From Octopus bimaculoides (lineage: Eukaryota), in contig NC_068983.1 in the NCBI RefSeq assembly GCF_001194135.2, positions 88,268,679 to 88,332,678 on the forward strand: a stretch of DNA of 64,000 bases, in the 5' to 3' direction. The position numbers and the translations under genes were made by a program. Numbering within the stretch: position 1 is the stretch's first letter; each line of letters opens with the position of its first letter. Positions 23,230 to 36,890 of the stretch are shown in pieces. The notes under the pieces were generated by a model. That model was not told where the DNA came from. It saw nothing but the letters and a program-made list of their open reading frames with translations, and did not search any database.

Positions 23230-23965
23230 GTAGTGTTGAATCTTTTGAATATCTGGAAAATGCTTATTTCAACATTGTTTATTAATTCATTACATTTCTG
23301 TATGTAATGTTGGTAGAGCAGGAATATCTGTTTCCTTTCATTACGTTCACACTAGTATTTACTGATTCTTTCACCTATGTTGCAAATTGTCTTTCCTATA
23401 TAGATGGCTGTGTCCATGCAGAACCCTTCCATGTATCTCACATGGTACAGTATGTTCCTAATTTGCAGTTAATTTGTAGGTTGGTTGTACACATTCTGTA
23501 GTTTTTCTTTGTACAGGTATGTAAGACTAATCATTGTTTCTCATAAAAAAAGTTGTTAGTTCCAGTTTTTGACCCCCAAAACAGCAACACTGTTTGAACA
23601 GAAGTTAAATGCAGGTGCAGCAGAAGACTTTAAGAGTCAAAAAGACAAGGTTGTTATGTCCCTATTGAATGACATTTTCAATATCCCTCTTTATGAACTC
23701 AGTATGTTTGGAATTAAGTGTTTAATTTGTGTGTGGTTGATTCCTGTGTCTGTGGAAGGTTAATGTGAGGAATACTGTCATATGCATAAGGTTATTAGAA
23801 ATGCAGCAAGATGGCCATTAATATTCAGAAGGAAGACTGTAGGAGACATTATCAAATCTTGGGGTACTCCAGAATTGATAGTATCTGAGTCAGAGTTGAA
23901 TCAGCACAAGAAGGTCTCAATCCAAGAAGAGGTGAGTGTAGCTCTCAGCTGGGCCATCAACACAG
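23230..23965 (-). mobile_element. Old CR1/Jockey-type RT remnant
   Basis: Minus strand: SWIETFLC*FNSDSDTINSGVPQDLIMSPTVFLLNIN (xGVPQGSxLxPxLF motif) and IKRDIENVIQ*GHNNLV (DLxxxxxWGxxNLV). Confidence 0.7.
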
Positions 23966-24879
23966 TTTTACTTACTAAATTTTAGACATTATTTACTTAT
24001 TCTCCTTCTGTAGTATTATTTACTAACATGACCTACTTCTATTCTCTCAGAAGAAATGTTTGAATCAAGCAAGGCATTTGACATGGTAAACCAATGTCAT
24101 TATTAACTTGTTCACTATTAGCAAAATGCCTATGATGATTATTACTATTTGATATAGATAGATGTTTATATGTAGGAATATATATTGATTACAGGCACAC
24201 TAAGCAGTGATGATTAAAATAAAGCTGTGTACATTTATATTCAAGATATTTAATGTCCACTCAAAAATAGAAAAACATTTGTTGCAGTAAATTTCTTTCA
24301 ATCATTTTTTTCATTTTTCTTTCATATTTTACTATTTTAAAAGTTTTGATCAAAACTTACAAAAGGACAGATTGGTCAATGTTTCCTATATATATATTTA
24401 TATAAGGACAATATATATATATATATATTACATAAGCCAGAAACTAATCTAGAGGACAGTATGTGTTCTAGTGACAATGACTGGTTTAACAGGGGGGGGG
24501 GGCTAAAAGAAGTACTGATAGAACATGGCTTCGGAAAAAATAATTCTGTGTGACTTAGTTGTTCAACCAGCTTTCAAGCTGTGATTGTCTCATCTTTTCT
24601 GGCATGTTTTGTTCAGAATTAATTTATAACTAATATATAGAAGCTTCCTTGGTGACTCATTATGTCAATGATATTATTTTGAAGTGACATCAATGTTTTA
24701 TTTTGATGTGACACCAATTTCATTATTCTGATGTAACAGATTTATATTATTTGTGTACTGTTTGGAAATGAGATCTTAATAGAATAGACAGACTATCACT
24801 ATGTTGGTGGTTATAATCATGTTGACTGATGGATTAAATTAGTTATCTCTTTCTGGTTTTGTTCTTACATATTAGCTTC

Positions 24880-25690
24880 TTACAAAAGCCATTTCTTGTT
24901 AATGCATACCTTCAGTAATGGTAACTCAGTTAAAAAGGTTCTTGCCAGATGATAGATTGGAAACTCTTCTACTTAGGCTGTATATAAAGTTTCTATTATA
25001 ACTGAGAGAGTAGTTGCAGTTCTTGTGTATGCATATGGTTTCCTTGTTTGGCTTTCTATAGAGGTGAAGTCTGCCTATAATCAAATCTAGTTGGATGTCT
25101 GATAAGTTTGTTGTTGTTATATGAGAAACAATGTTCATGTTTAAAGTGAATTTTAAAAATATTCTTGTTAGACTCTTTCTGAGTCTATCAACATTGTGAC
25201 TGTTCATGTTGTAGAAAATTGCTAAGCCACCATATCTGTGCTATGGAGGAGTTTGTTTACTGGAGATATCTAGGAAGGAAACTGTCTTCAGATCTGATAT
25301 TTCTGCTCAGCAAATAAAGGATCATCTTCCTTTCATCCAATAAGAGTTGTCAAGGTACAACATTGACTTCCTCATATCTACCTTGCTAATGGTGATATAT
25401 GTTCCCCAAATGCCTGGGCTTTCAGGGGAGGGGTATTTAAATATAAATGGCTAGAAATCCACCATATCAAATTAGGTGAATCTGCAAAATGGTTTGTTTT
25501 CTATACTTTTAAACCACTTAATTATAGTGGTACTACATTTCCATTGTCCCAATATTAATAGTGTTTCTTATTTTAAGGTTAATCATTTTGAGAATAGGCT
25601 AACTAAAGTCAGTTCTTGTAGGTTTTTAATTAAGCTACATCTGGTGTTGGAGGAAAGTTCATCTTATCATCTTTAGGGGTAATGTAAGGT
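24880..25690 (-). mobile_element. Decayed Penelope-like RT fragment
   Basis: Minus strand: FDMVDF (FDIVDFYPSI-type motif); DRLRKSLTRIF...LDL..GRLHLYRKPNKETICIHKNCNY...SRRVSNLSS (Penelope RT C-terminus). Confidence 0.8.
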
Positions 25691-26551
25691 TTGTGTCTAA
25701 TAAGACACCTCTGCAGCCTTGTACTTCTAATTTGGAAGCTAACTCTTTTGTTTTTACGTTTTATGATGGTAATGTGAGTGTGTTTGCATGTGTTCTTTCC
25801 CTACTTATTCCAGTTTCTAAAGCTAAGAATTTCAGAATATTAAAAATAAAAAAAGAATATTTTAAATATTGACCCTTATAAATTTTAACAAATAGATTTT
25901 GAGAAATACACTCATGAATGAATTCCTGAGATCTCTTTTAATTTTCCTATCTTTTTTTTTTCTGAACTGCATCCTTGGCAGTTGATTCTCATTATTTTAC
26001 TGTTTGGGCAAAACATCAAGAAATAGCATTTTTACACAAGCAAGATTAAGTGTCTAGTCCTGATTTATACTTCACACCAACTGTCTTTCTCTCTTCACCT
26101 ACACCTCGTCTCTCTCTCTCTCTCTCTCCCTCCTTCTCTCTCTCATATGTTAATCCTGTTCACAGCTATTTTAGTCTTTTACTTCACTTCAGATTTAAGG
26201 AAGTTTAGTTAGTTGTCAAAAAAATCATTACTATTATTTTTATTACTGTTGTTGTTATTGTGTCCTTGTGTGACTTAGTAAAAATAAACCATTGTTATTA
26301 CTATTCCTGTTGGTGCATTTGTTGCTGTTGTTGTCTACACTATTATCTAGCAGTGCTGCATAACATGCTGGCTTTGCCAACAGCAACAACACTTATCACC
26401 ACTAACCTGTACAACAACTGTTGCTGGACTTTACATCAGAATATTTTAGTTACTGTAATTAGTTTATAGATTTTCTTGGGCTTGCCACTAAACACTACAT
26501 AGTAGATAAATAACTAAATGATATACATACATACATATANNNNNNNNNNCT

Positions 26552-27106
26552 AGTACTTATTCTATTGGTCTCTTTTGCTGAACTGCTAAGTTATGGGTAT
26601 ATTAACACAAACATCAGTTGTCAAGCAATGCTGGCGGGGACAAACATAGACACAGACACACATAAATATGTGTGTGTGTGTGTGTGTGTATACTCTTACT
26701 CTTTACTCTTTTACTCTTTTACTTGTTTCAGTCATTTGACTGCGGCCATGCTGGAGCACCGCCTTTAGTCGAGCAAATCGACCCCAAGACTTATTCTTTG
26801 GAAGCCTAGTACTTATTCTATCGATCTTGTTTGCCGAACCACTAAGTTACGGGGACGTAAACACACCAGCATCGGTTGTCAAGCGATGTTGGGGGGACAA
26901 ACACACAAACACATACACACAGACATATATATATATATATATATACGACGGGCTTCTTTCAGTTTCCGTCTACCAAATCCACTCACAAGGCTTTGGTCGG
27001 CCCGAGGCTATAGTAGAAGACACTTGCCCAAGATGCCACGCAGTGGGACTGAACTCGGGACCATGTGGTTGGTAAGCAAGCTACTTACCACACAGCCACT
27101 CCTACG

Positions 27107-27144
<38 letters not shown>

Positions 27145-27295
27145 GCTTCTTTCTGTTTCTGTCTACCAAATCTACTCACAAGGCTTTGGTCGGCTTGAGG
27201 CTATAATAAAAGACACTTGCCCAAGATGCCACACAGTGGGAATGAACCCAGATCCATGTGGTTGGGAAGTAAGCTTCTTACCACACAGCCATGAG
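26552..27295 (-). mobile_element. Cluster of SINE family B copies (well-preserved full copy 26692-27115; extra 3' module and extra head)
   Basis: Head with B-box-like gagttcagtcccactgcgtggc and CORE-like ccttgggcaagtgtctt, then (TA)n, then 3' module ending gactgaaacaagtaaaagag. Confidence 0.88.
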
Positions 27296-29312
27296 ATTAG
27301 TGCATAAAAGTGTTTATTTCTCACACACACACACACGTACATGCACACACATACAATGCAAGTAAAGGGACCCTGCAGAATAGGAAAACTGTAAGATGTG
27401 AAAATAAGTGAAGGCAGAGCTTAGGGTACCAAACCTCACAAAAGATTTGACAAATGACTGCAAGAGTGATGAGGCACTGAACTCCAGAAGACCTGCCTAA
27501 TCCACTGAAGTATTGTAAAACAAGCTTTAAAATGATAAAAGATAATAATGGTGGTATGTTCACTCACACACACATATATATATGTACAGGAATAAATATA
27601 TTCATATAGATAGATACACATAAAAAGCTTGCACACACACACACACACACAAGAAGGCTATCCAACCTTAGGAAGAGGCCTAAATGAAATATACAAGCAA
27701 AATGTGGTTCTCGACTCATCTAGAAGGTTATTAACTTCATACAAGAACTGGCTCAGATTGTGACCACCCAGCCAACCCATGCCAGCATGGAAAGTAGATG
27801 TAGAGTGATGTGTGCTTGTATCTGCACACACACACACACACACAANNNNNNNNNNATATATATATATATATATATATATATAGGAGAGAGAGAGAGAGAG
27901 AGAGAGAGCACTCACACAAAATCAAAATTGTTCACTTATGCAGGCAATCATTATCTGCAAAATGTAGAATGGAACAATTTTTATATTGAATACATTTTAA
28001 ATGTATATATTGTATATCAACATAAATGTATTTTATGATTTGTTACAATTATCTTTACATAATATTTATTAAAAAGTGTTTGTCAAATGATAATTAAGTT
28101 CATTTTTTTTAGAAGAGGCTATTTTGGGCCAAACTTTGCTGCAGGTTTGCTATATTTAGTAAAATTCAGGTAGTCTGGACATATAATCGTAGTTGATGGT
28201 AGGTACTAAAAGAGAATGACTCTCCCCAGACAATAAAACTAGATGTTTTTTTTTGTTTATTCCGTAGGTCTACTCTGACAATAAACATCTGTCATTAAAA
28301 ATGTTCCAGCTGTAACTATCAGTTATAGTGTATTTGGGACTACATTATCCAGTGAATCTGTCTCTTTTTAACAACAATACTTCTACTAGCCCACTTTCAA
28401 CTACCACAGCAGTAGTACTCCTTGTTTTTGCTTCATATTCTGCTTCTCACATTGTTTACTAATACATTTTTCCATGGCACAACCAACCATATTTGTATAT
28501 CTTTATTCACTACTACTCTCATTTATCCTACAACTATATCATCACCACATTCACTTCCTACTGCAAACAACCTTTCAAGAGTAAATCTGTTCCATGTTGA
28601 TTCCATTATGATCTTTCATACATGGCACTGCTTTCCTTCTTTAATCTAGCAGCACCTTATTTCAACTCTTTCACCTGCTTCCTTTTCTAACCTTGATACA
28701 GTTGGCTTTCCATAACCTCGTATGTCTTCCTACCTCCAATCTTTCCATATGTGGCAAATCCTTCCTATTTCAATCATGGCACTGCCAAACTTCTGTACAT
28801 GCTTTTTACCTGTTTAACCATCATACTGTCATTGTTCCCTACAAGATAATCATCTTCTTTCTCTTAACTTTTGCCACACTATCAGTAATATTTAATTGAT
28901 CATCCTGTCACTGATAGTCAATCCAGAGTTTTCTAATGTCAATGTAGGTCAAGCAGTATGGACATTATGGTAGCCGGTGATTGCTAAATAAAGGTTCTTG
29001 TCATTTGTTTAGCTTCAATGCTGCTTTAACTGAGCTATTCAACTGTGACCACCCTACCATTTATTTATTTATTTATTTATTTATTTTCAAATGTCACATA
29101 TCTGATTGTATTATCCAGTATTTTGTTCCTCTTAAGTTTTCCTTAGGTTTGGACAAGCCAGGGCTCAAGAAAATTTACTGACCAACTGCGTCCTGATGGT
29201 TTTATCACTCTTGGCCCTTGATTGCTTATTCAGCTGGTGCACCTTCTTACATTGCAGTTTTCTAATAATATATATGCAGAGCATTTCCCAATCTGCCACT
29301 TGGAGGACATAC

Positions 29313-29432
29313 CAGATATCAATGGAGCTCTGGAACTGGTTTGTATAAGATAGATGGGTGTGATTTGATGGAAATTTTTAACAACTGTTTCTACCAGTTT
29401 GAGCAACCATATACAGGCATGCTTATTGGCTT
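29313..29432 (-). other. Candidate minus-strand exon (120 bp, phase 1-1)
   Basis: attgcttatttctatttcag|AAGCC...ATATCTG|gtatgt; a single open frame, ANKHACIWLLKLVETVVKNFHQITPIYLIQTSSRAPLIS; no homology recognised. Confidence 0.25.
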
Positions 29433-31339
29433 CTGAAATAGAAATAAGCAATGTTAGATTGGGTATGGGATGGTAGTGGATGCTATCTAAAGTAGGGGTT
29501 TATGATAGTTGTTAGCAACTAAATTAGGAGTAAGTTATGTTGCTATAGTGGTGTGTGACAGTGGATGGTAACTATATGGAATTGACAATAATGGGAGGTA
29601 ACTAAAATGTTAGCATCATTACACTTCAGCTACATTTGCCTGCCAATATGGTAGCTTTCAAGTCTTTTTCTTTAATCCCTCTTCTCCCTCCTCTTACTCT
29701 TTCTCTTTCCATAGAGTATACCTGTTTTACAGACATTAACTGCTGAAGATTCATGATTTTTATTGCAGAAGATACAGTAATGTTTTTTCCATTGCCTTCT
29801 GCCAGTCTATTTACAGTTTATTCTGCTAGTCTTCTATTCTCTAGAGCTTTCCTTTTAGGTACAAAGTCTGTCTATCCTTTAGGCCAGGGACCTGATTCAT
29901 CTGACATCAGGATATGTCCACACGCCAGTGGGCTGGTATGACAGATGTCTAGAGACCAGCCCTTCACCAAATCCAGTATGCTTTAACCATTGGGCCACCT
30001 GCTCTTTTTTCTAATAACTTGGGTCCTTAATAGATATTACTACCTCAAGCCAGAGTTGAACCAGGTGTAGTAGTAACTAAGGAGAAACTCCATACTTCCC
30101 AAATCTCTTAAACTCTCCACCAGATGCAGTTTAACATCTTGCTTAGAACATATTTTAACTTCACTAATTAATAAAACTTCAGTTTATCATTTTAGTTTTG
30201 TTTTCTGATGATGAATAGCAGAATACACTTCCTAGTCTTCTTTATTATCATCATTGGTTGTATCATTATTAATTCAGCATTTGTTTTCATATACTACTGT
30301 GCTTTGGACAATCCTGCATTCACTCCATGCATTTCTATCTACAATCATCATAAACATACTTAGGTCCAACTTAAAGTAAGTTGGTCCCATATTTTCTGCT
30401 AATAATTTCTTCCACTGTCACCTCACTATCATCACTACAACCATTAATACTGAATTGCGACACCTTTATGTGTTCTCCATCTCATCCCTCACCTGCATAG
30501 TCATTGTAATATACACATTAGCTAGTGTATTGTCAATATTGTGCAATATGAATGTGGTGAGGGGTAGGTAATCATCATCATTATTATTATAGTGGAAAAT
30601 GGCCTAATCAGGAGAGTCTCAAACGTAATACTTTGTGTTATTCTGATTTCAAATCACTCTGGGGTTGACTTCATATTTAATCATTTCAGGTCAATAAAAT
30701 TAGTTTTAGTCAGGAGATCCTGTGGTCAATATTGATAAACTCTCCGCCTAAATTGGTTTTGACTTTGTCTTAAACATTCCAGAAAGTCAATAAAATAAAG
30801 TAATGTTGCTTCAAAATATTGACTGTACCCTTGTGGAATTGTGCCAGGGTTAAAAATTATTAATAAAAGCAATGGATTGACAGAAAATTGATAGAATTGT
30901 AGACTAAATAACTTGGGTTTGCCCCTCCATGTTTTAAATTCAAACCTCTCCAAATTGACTTTATTTTTTATGCCTGGCTTGATGAAATTAGTATCAATTA
31001 TCTACTGCCAGCCAATTCTATCAGCATAAACCTCTCCCCTCTGACAAATATGTGGCTTTGATCCAATGTAGAAAAACATTATTCAGCTAGTAATGGAGAG
31101 TGATCAGCTGTAAGATTTCCTTTGCCTATCATTGTTTTTAAAGGGCTGGGCTTTTACTAGTAACAGGAGGCAAGATTTGAACTCAGGACATATGTCAATA
31201 CATTACATTGAATTGGTATTTTTATATCACTCTTAAAACTTCACTTAAGCAAGATTTGAACTTGGCATGCAGAAAGCTGGAACAAATACTGTTGGGCATT
31301 CTATCCATTGTTCTAACAATTCTGCCAATTATATCATTA

Positions 31340-31640
31340 TCATCCTCATCATCATTTAATATCCATGTTGCAGGCTTCTGCCCAGCCGACTCCTGTCAAA
31401 CCATCCCACCCATACCAGCACAGAAGGCGAATGTTAAACAATTATGATGATGATGTTGATGATGTCCCATGCTAGCATGAGTTGAATAGTTTGACAAGAA
31501 TCTGATGGGTCCAAGGACAGCATTGTACTCCAGTGCCTGCTTTGGTATGATTTCTATGGCAGGATGCCCTTCCTAACAGCAACCACGTTACAGCATGTAG
31601 TGGGTATTTTCTTGTGCCACCGTTTATATTGATGTTGCCA
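31340..31640. mobile_element. Two decayed RTE 3' tails in opposite orientation
   Basis: gtcaaaccatcccacccataccagcacagaaggcgaatgttaaac (+) abutting gatgtcccatgctagcatg...aggatgcccttcctaacagcaaccac (-). Confidence 0.65.
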
Positions 31641-32452
31641 TACAGCTTGCAAGACTATAGAACTCCAGTGAGTGAGGGTAAGCTTTATGCTAGGAGACAA
31701 AGAGTGGTAGGGGCAGAAAAGTTCTTCTAAAGCAGCTGCATGGCTACTCACATTCAGGAGAGAGAGAGAGAGAGAGAAAGAAAGAATGATCTGTCAGAGC
31801 TGCAACGAGATAAATAGTAGAAATGAGGTGTCCAGGTGGTCCCTCAAGGCACAAGGTGAGTAAAAGTGAATTGGTGGAGAATTTGCAAGATTCTATGAAG
31901 AGCAGGTTATGTATGTCATGATGTATGTACATATGTATACAGTGCCTTGAAGGACCACATGGACACCTCATCTCCACTATTTATCTCTTTGCAGCTCCTA
32001 CAAATCATTCTCTTTCTACCCTACTAAATGTGAGTACCCAAGTAGCTTATCTACAAGAACCTTCTCTGAACTCCCACCCATCACCACCTCCTCACCTATT
32101 TCAAGCTCTCATCTGCTATCTAAAGCCAAACTCTCTCCCTTGGGGTTCATAGTCTTACAAGCTGCATGGTACCTCAGTAGTGCTGGTGGTACACAAAAGC
32201 ACTCAGCACACATTGTAAAGTGGTTGGCACTGAGAAGGGCATCCAGCTATAAAAACCATTCCAAATAAGACATTAGAGCACAATGCAGTCCTTGGACCCA
32301 TTGGATCCTGTCAAATCGTCCAACCCATACCAGCATGAAATATAGGTGTTAAATGAGGATTATATGATGAACAGCTTGACATTATAACAGTATAGTCTGA
32401 TGCTCTGCTATTGCTAATAACAATCATATGTTGATATATTATGAACAAAGTA

Positions 32453-32492
<40 letters not shown>

Positions 32493-33049
32493 CTTTTCCT
32501 TAGCAACAAAGTTTGTTCTGTTATTGTTATTTGCCATTGCTGTTGTTTATCATCACAATATGATATTTGCTGAAAACCTGTATTAAATTTACCAGTTGTT
32601 GAACAATTGTCTATCCTGAGCACCTGTCAACAGACTAATTTTTTTCTCTCCCTACTAAATTATTCCTAGTTTTTCCTCAGCTGTATTGACGTTGGACTTA
32701 AAACTATTACATTATTGATTTATATCCCTGTTTGACTTAACTGCTACAATGTTTATTATACAAGTGCTATCTCACTAACTTCCTTCTTCACCTGCTTATT
32801 ATTTGCATGTGTGGGTGTGTAACTATTTATATAAGTAAATGAATGCATGGTTATGAAGTTTTCTGTACAAATACATGGTTCTAGGTTTCATACCATTGTG
32901 ATCACCTTGGATTTTTCAACACTCTGGGCTGATAAAATTAGTACTAGTCATATCCTAAAGTTAATTGAAGCATCTATATTATCCCTACCTCTACTCTCTA
33001 CATTTTTGCCTTGTACTGAGCTAATGTAAATATAAACAGTGTGATACAT

Positions 33050-33395
33050 CTTTTATCTTTTACTTGTTTCAGTAGCCATACTGGGACACTGCCTTGAAGG
33101 GTCTTACTTGAATAAATTGACTCTAGGACTTTTTTAAAACCTAGTACTTAATTCTGTTGGTCTCTTTTGCCACTAAGTTACAGGGATATAAACACACCAA
33201 CACTGGTTGTCGAAGCAGTTAGGGGGGACACAAAGACATACACATACAACAGGTTTCCTACAACTCTCATCTACCAAATCCACTCGGAAGGCTTCGTTTG
33301 GCTTGAGGCTATAGTAGAGGACACTTGCCTGAGGTGCCACACTGTGGGACTGAACACAGGACCATGTGTTTGGGAAACAAGCTTCTTATTATACA
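33050..33395 (-). mobile_element. SINE family B
   Basis: Same modules as 26692-27115, more diverged. Confidence 0.8.
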
Positions 33396-33519
33396 GCTGT
33401 GTATTTGCTGTTAGTAGCAGAAGCAGTCTTTATAACAAATATTAATTTGCACATCCATCTTAATTTGGATGTATTGTTAAGAATGCTGTAGACTGCAGTA
33501 ATCATCCAAGGAAATCATT

Positions 33520-33730
33520 TCATACAACACAATGGTGGTTCAAGAAATTTCGTAGCAGTGACGAGAGTCTTGAAGATGATAAGTATAGTGGTTGGCCATC
33601 GGATGTTGACAACGATCAACTAAGAGCCTTAGTGGAAGCCAGTCTATGCATAACTGTTCGAAAGATTGCTTCTGAATTAGACGTAACATATACGACAATT
33701 TCCAACCACTTGAAGTTAACAGTTGGAAAA
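33520..33730 (+). mobile_element. mariner transposase N-terminal HTH fragment
   Basis: TTQWWFKKFRSSDESLEDDKYSGWPSDVDNDQLRALVEASLCITVRKIASELDVTYTTISNHLK (Hsmar1/SETMAR-type DNA-binding domain). Confidence 0.9.
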
Positions 33731-33799
33731 TGCACTCTGGATCAAATGCTTCTTTTGGCTGTCTCCACACATACTTAGCAAGTGGTTGGAAATGAGGTA

Positions 33800-34260
33800 A
33801 AGGATGTTCAAGGAAATAATATTTTCCCACTGCTCTGGGGACCAGTTCTGTAGGTTTTTACTCCACTCTAGACATTTTGCAATGTTTGTTTTTGGTAGTA
33901 GTGGTTTTCTGATTGCAGCCTTCCCGTGAAATCCAGCTTTGTGCAGCTCCCGGTGAGCACTTTTTGTGGAAACTGGGTTCTCAAGGTGGTTATTAGGCTC
34001 TACAGTAATTTTGGGAGCTGTACTTTTGTGATCCTTTCTAACAATTCATGTAAGAGTCCGACAGTCCCTGTCTGAAAGTTTTGGTTTTCTTCCAGAGTTT
34101 CGTTTCGACAAGGAGGTTTTTCCCTCTTTCTCAAAGGCTGTCATTACTTTCAAGACAGTACTTCTTGATACACCAAATATTTCAGCTGTTTTCGTTACGC
34201 AAGTGCCTGCCATATGAGCACCTACAATTTGACCTCTTCTGATGATATCTGAAAAGAAAC
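33800..34260 (-). mobile_element. Tc1-like transposase N-terminal fragment
   Basis: RGQIVGAHMAGTCVTKTAEIFGVSRSTVLKVM...NSGRKPKLSDRDCRTLT*IVRKDHK...HRELHKAGFHGKAAIRKPLL...CLEWSK...NWSPEQWENII. Confidence 0.9.
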
Positions 34261-34734
34261 AGCAAATTTAGCAAAACATATTAAGCAACACTAAAAATAA
34301 ATCAAAACACATAAAAGTAAATAAGCTTTTGACAGTTTTATAGATATTTCAAAATTATAATGCTATGATGCTAGCATTATTTTGTCTAACACCTGTATGT
34401 ATATACAGACAGACATATACACACACACATATATATGGCACAGAATCTAGGAAACTGGCCTTATGAGCTTATGGTTCAGGAACAACCTTTGATTTTTTGA
34501 TAAATATACACAAACATAGGCGCNNNNNNNNNNNNNNNNNNNNNNNNNNNNNNNNNNNNNNNNNNNNNNNNNNNNNNNNNNNNNNNNNNNNNNNNNNNNN
34601 NNNNNNNNNNNNNNNNNNNNNNNNNNNNNNNNNNNNNNNNNNNNNNNNNNNNNNNNNNNNNNNNNNNNNNNNNNNNNNNNNNNNNNNNNNNNNNNNNNNN
34701 NNNNNNNNNNNNNNTATATATATATATATATATA

Positions 34735-34945
34735 TGTATATGTATGTATGTGTCTGTGTTTGTCCCCCAACAACCGATGCTGGTGTGTTTACGTCCAGCC
34801 ATAACTTAGCGGTTTGGCAAAAGAGACCGATAGAATAAGTACTAGGCTTTCAAAGAATAAGTCCTGGGGTCAATTTCTTGGACTAAAGGTGGTGCTCCAG
34901 CATGGCTGCAGTCAAATGACTGAAACAAGTAAAAGAGTAAAACAC
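34735..34945 (+). mobile_element. SINE family B, 3' module
   Basis: gtgtttgtcccccaacaaccgatgctggtgtgtttacg...gactgaaacaagtaaaagagtaaa. Confidence 0.85.
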
Positions 34946-36358
34946 AGAACCTCTTAGTTAAAAGAGTATGCTTATAAATAGGAAACCAATGTTTTTATCT
35001 CTTATACTTACTCACTTAGTGACCTCAGTATTGCATTAGCCAGACCAAGTTCACTTGGTACCTTGTTTACTGTCAATTAATGACCTCTACCATTCTTGCA
35101 TTATGTAACAGTGTGAGAAAATCAGGCTGAAGCAAATCTTTGTTTAGATTTTTCTCCTTTTTCTCACCAGCATGAAAGCCTCTAGTTCAACTTTGTTTAC
35201 ATCTGATAAAGAGTGAAATGGTGGTGGTGGTGGGGTTGTTGACAAGTTGGGAGAGTGATTGTTTGTTCTGGTACACATTCACAATGTCCAGCAATGAGGT
35301 CAATTGGGTGCATATACATTAGAAGTTGTCTTTTGGAGCAAAGCTTCTACCTTTCTGAATTGTGAATTCAATCACCTATATCCCTACCCTACATAACCAC
35401 ACCGCTGTGTCTGTTCTTTATGTCTTCTATTCTATACAGGTCTTCTATTATTAATATACTGACATTTGTTTTGTGCAGCTAAGTGTGTTTTCATTTTCTT
35501 CACAGTAACTGGTAACAGCTTGGTTGATTCATTACATCATCATCATCTACACCATTATCCTGATCATTTTTGTCATCATCATCTTCATCATGTACATAGA
35601 CCAAACAAATAAAGTTGGAAATTAGTCTAAAATGCATAGAAATATACTATAGTTGCGTAGTTGTCCAACCCATGTCAGGGTGGACAACAATGAAACTAAT
35701 TGGAGTGGTTGCAATTAGTGAGGAGAATAAAGATGTTAATGAAAAGTGGTGTTGGTAGCATTAAATAATGGTAAATTTTAAGAAATTAACAGGGAATCTG
35801 AAACAGTAATGGAAAACCTTAGTGCTAAAAGTTAACTCTAGCTTTATATTTCTTACATTGCTTTATTTCCACTTATTTCATCAGTGGGTGTTGTCAGCTT
35901 TGATATAAGACAAGGGTGATATTATTAATGGTGGTTTCCATCAGTTGACCTTTAGGTAAGTTGATGTTATTAGTATATAGCCTCTTTGTGGTGGCGATTT
36001 TTTTTTTTAAACAATAATGATCTGACAGAATAATGCTAATCTTCTTTTATGAATAAATTATAACTAATTTGGTGTCAGCTGATTTCTTGTAAAACTCGTT
36101 TACTACATAGTTATCCTCTTTTTCAGTACTGCTGCTGCTGCTATTATTATTTTTACATCAGCATCACCACCATTCTTAATAATGTCCTTTAACCAAAATA
36201 CAGACACCTAGAGATGCAAGAATCACAGTTCAGAGCTGTTTGCTCTGAATTGTGATTCTTATCAGCTCCACCCTATCACATAACTACATATCTAATCAAC
36301 CACACACAGCTAGGCACACATCATAATGCAGCTGACCCCTCTCTCTCTCTCTCTCCCC

Positions 36359-36407
<49 letters not shown>

Positions 36408-36702
36408 CACACATACCAAAATAACTGCAACATCAACTTACTATGACCAAATTCATCAGATGGGTAACCAAATTAAAGCTAACATGCATTAACCAATCAA
36501 AATACTTTTCCCATCTCCATTGCAGCTACCCTAGACCCTTCAGTCCTACAGAAACAAAGGCAGATTAGAATGTGCAGCCTTGTCTCAGCAGAGATATCTC
36601 GGATAAAAGACCTGCTCACTTTTTAATATTTCACAAACCATAAATCTTTCTAGACAATTAAACTTCATTCTTCCATATTGTATGGAAATATCTATTTATA
36701 AA

Positions 36703-36890
36703 CTAACCCTTTAGTATTCAGATTATTCTGTCAAATGTAATGCTTATTTATTCACATTGTTTTGGATTACTCATAGCTTTCAAATTTTTGATGATATGAT
36801 TGTTTATTTTTAGAGTGATGATGTAGAATAGATGGGAGAGTTTGAACATAAAATAGTAGAATATTTGGGCCGGATATAATATTATTAATA
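36703..36890. mobile_element. Truncated piggyBac-type MITE
   Basis: Starts (c)taa|ccctttagtattcag; right end not clearly preserved. Confidence 0.45.

Noticed and set aside
23569-23985. Two in-frame + strand ORFs ending at a strong GAG|gtgagt donor, looking like an exon
   Set aside because: The opposite strand carries CR1-type RT motifs (SGVPQD...SPTVFLL); these are antisense reads of a LINE.
35884-35956. Good acceptor and AG|gtaagt donor pair on the + strand
   Set aside because: All three frames contain stops; no coding evidence.
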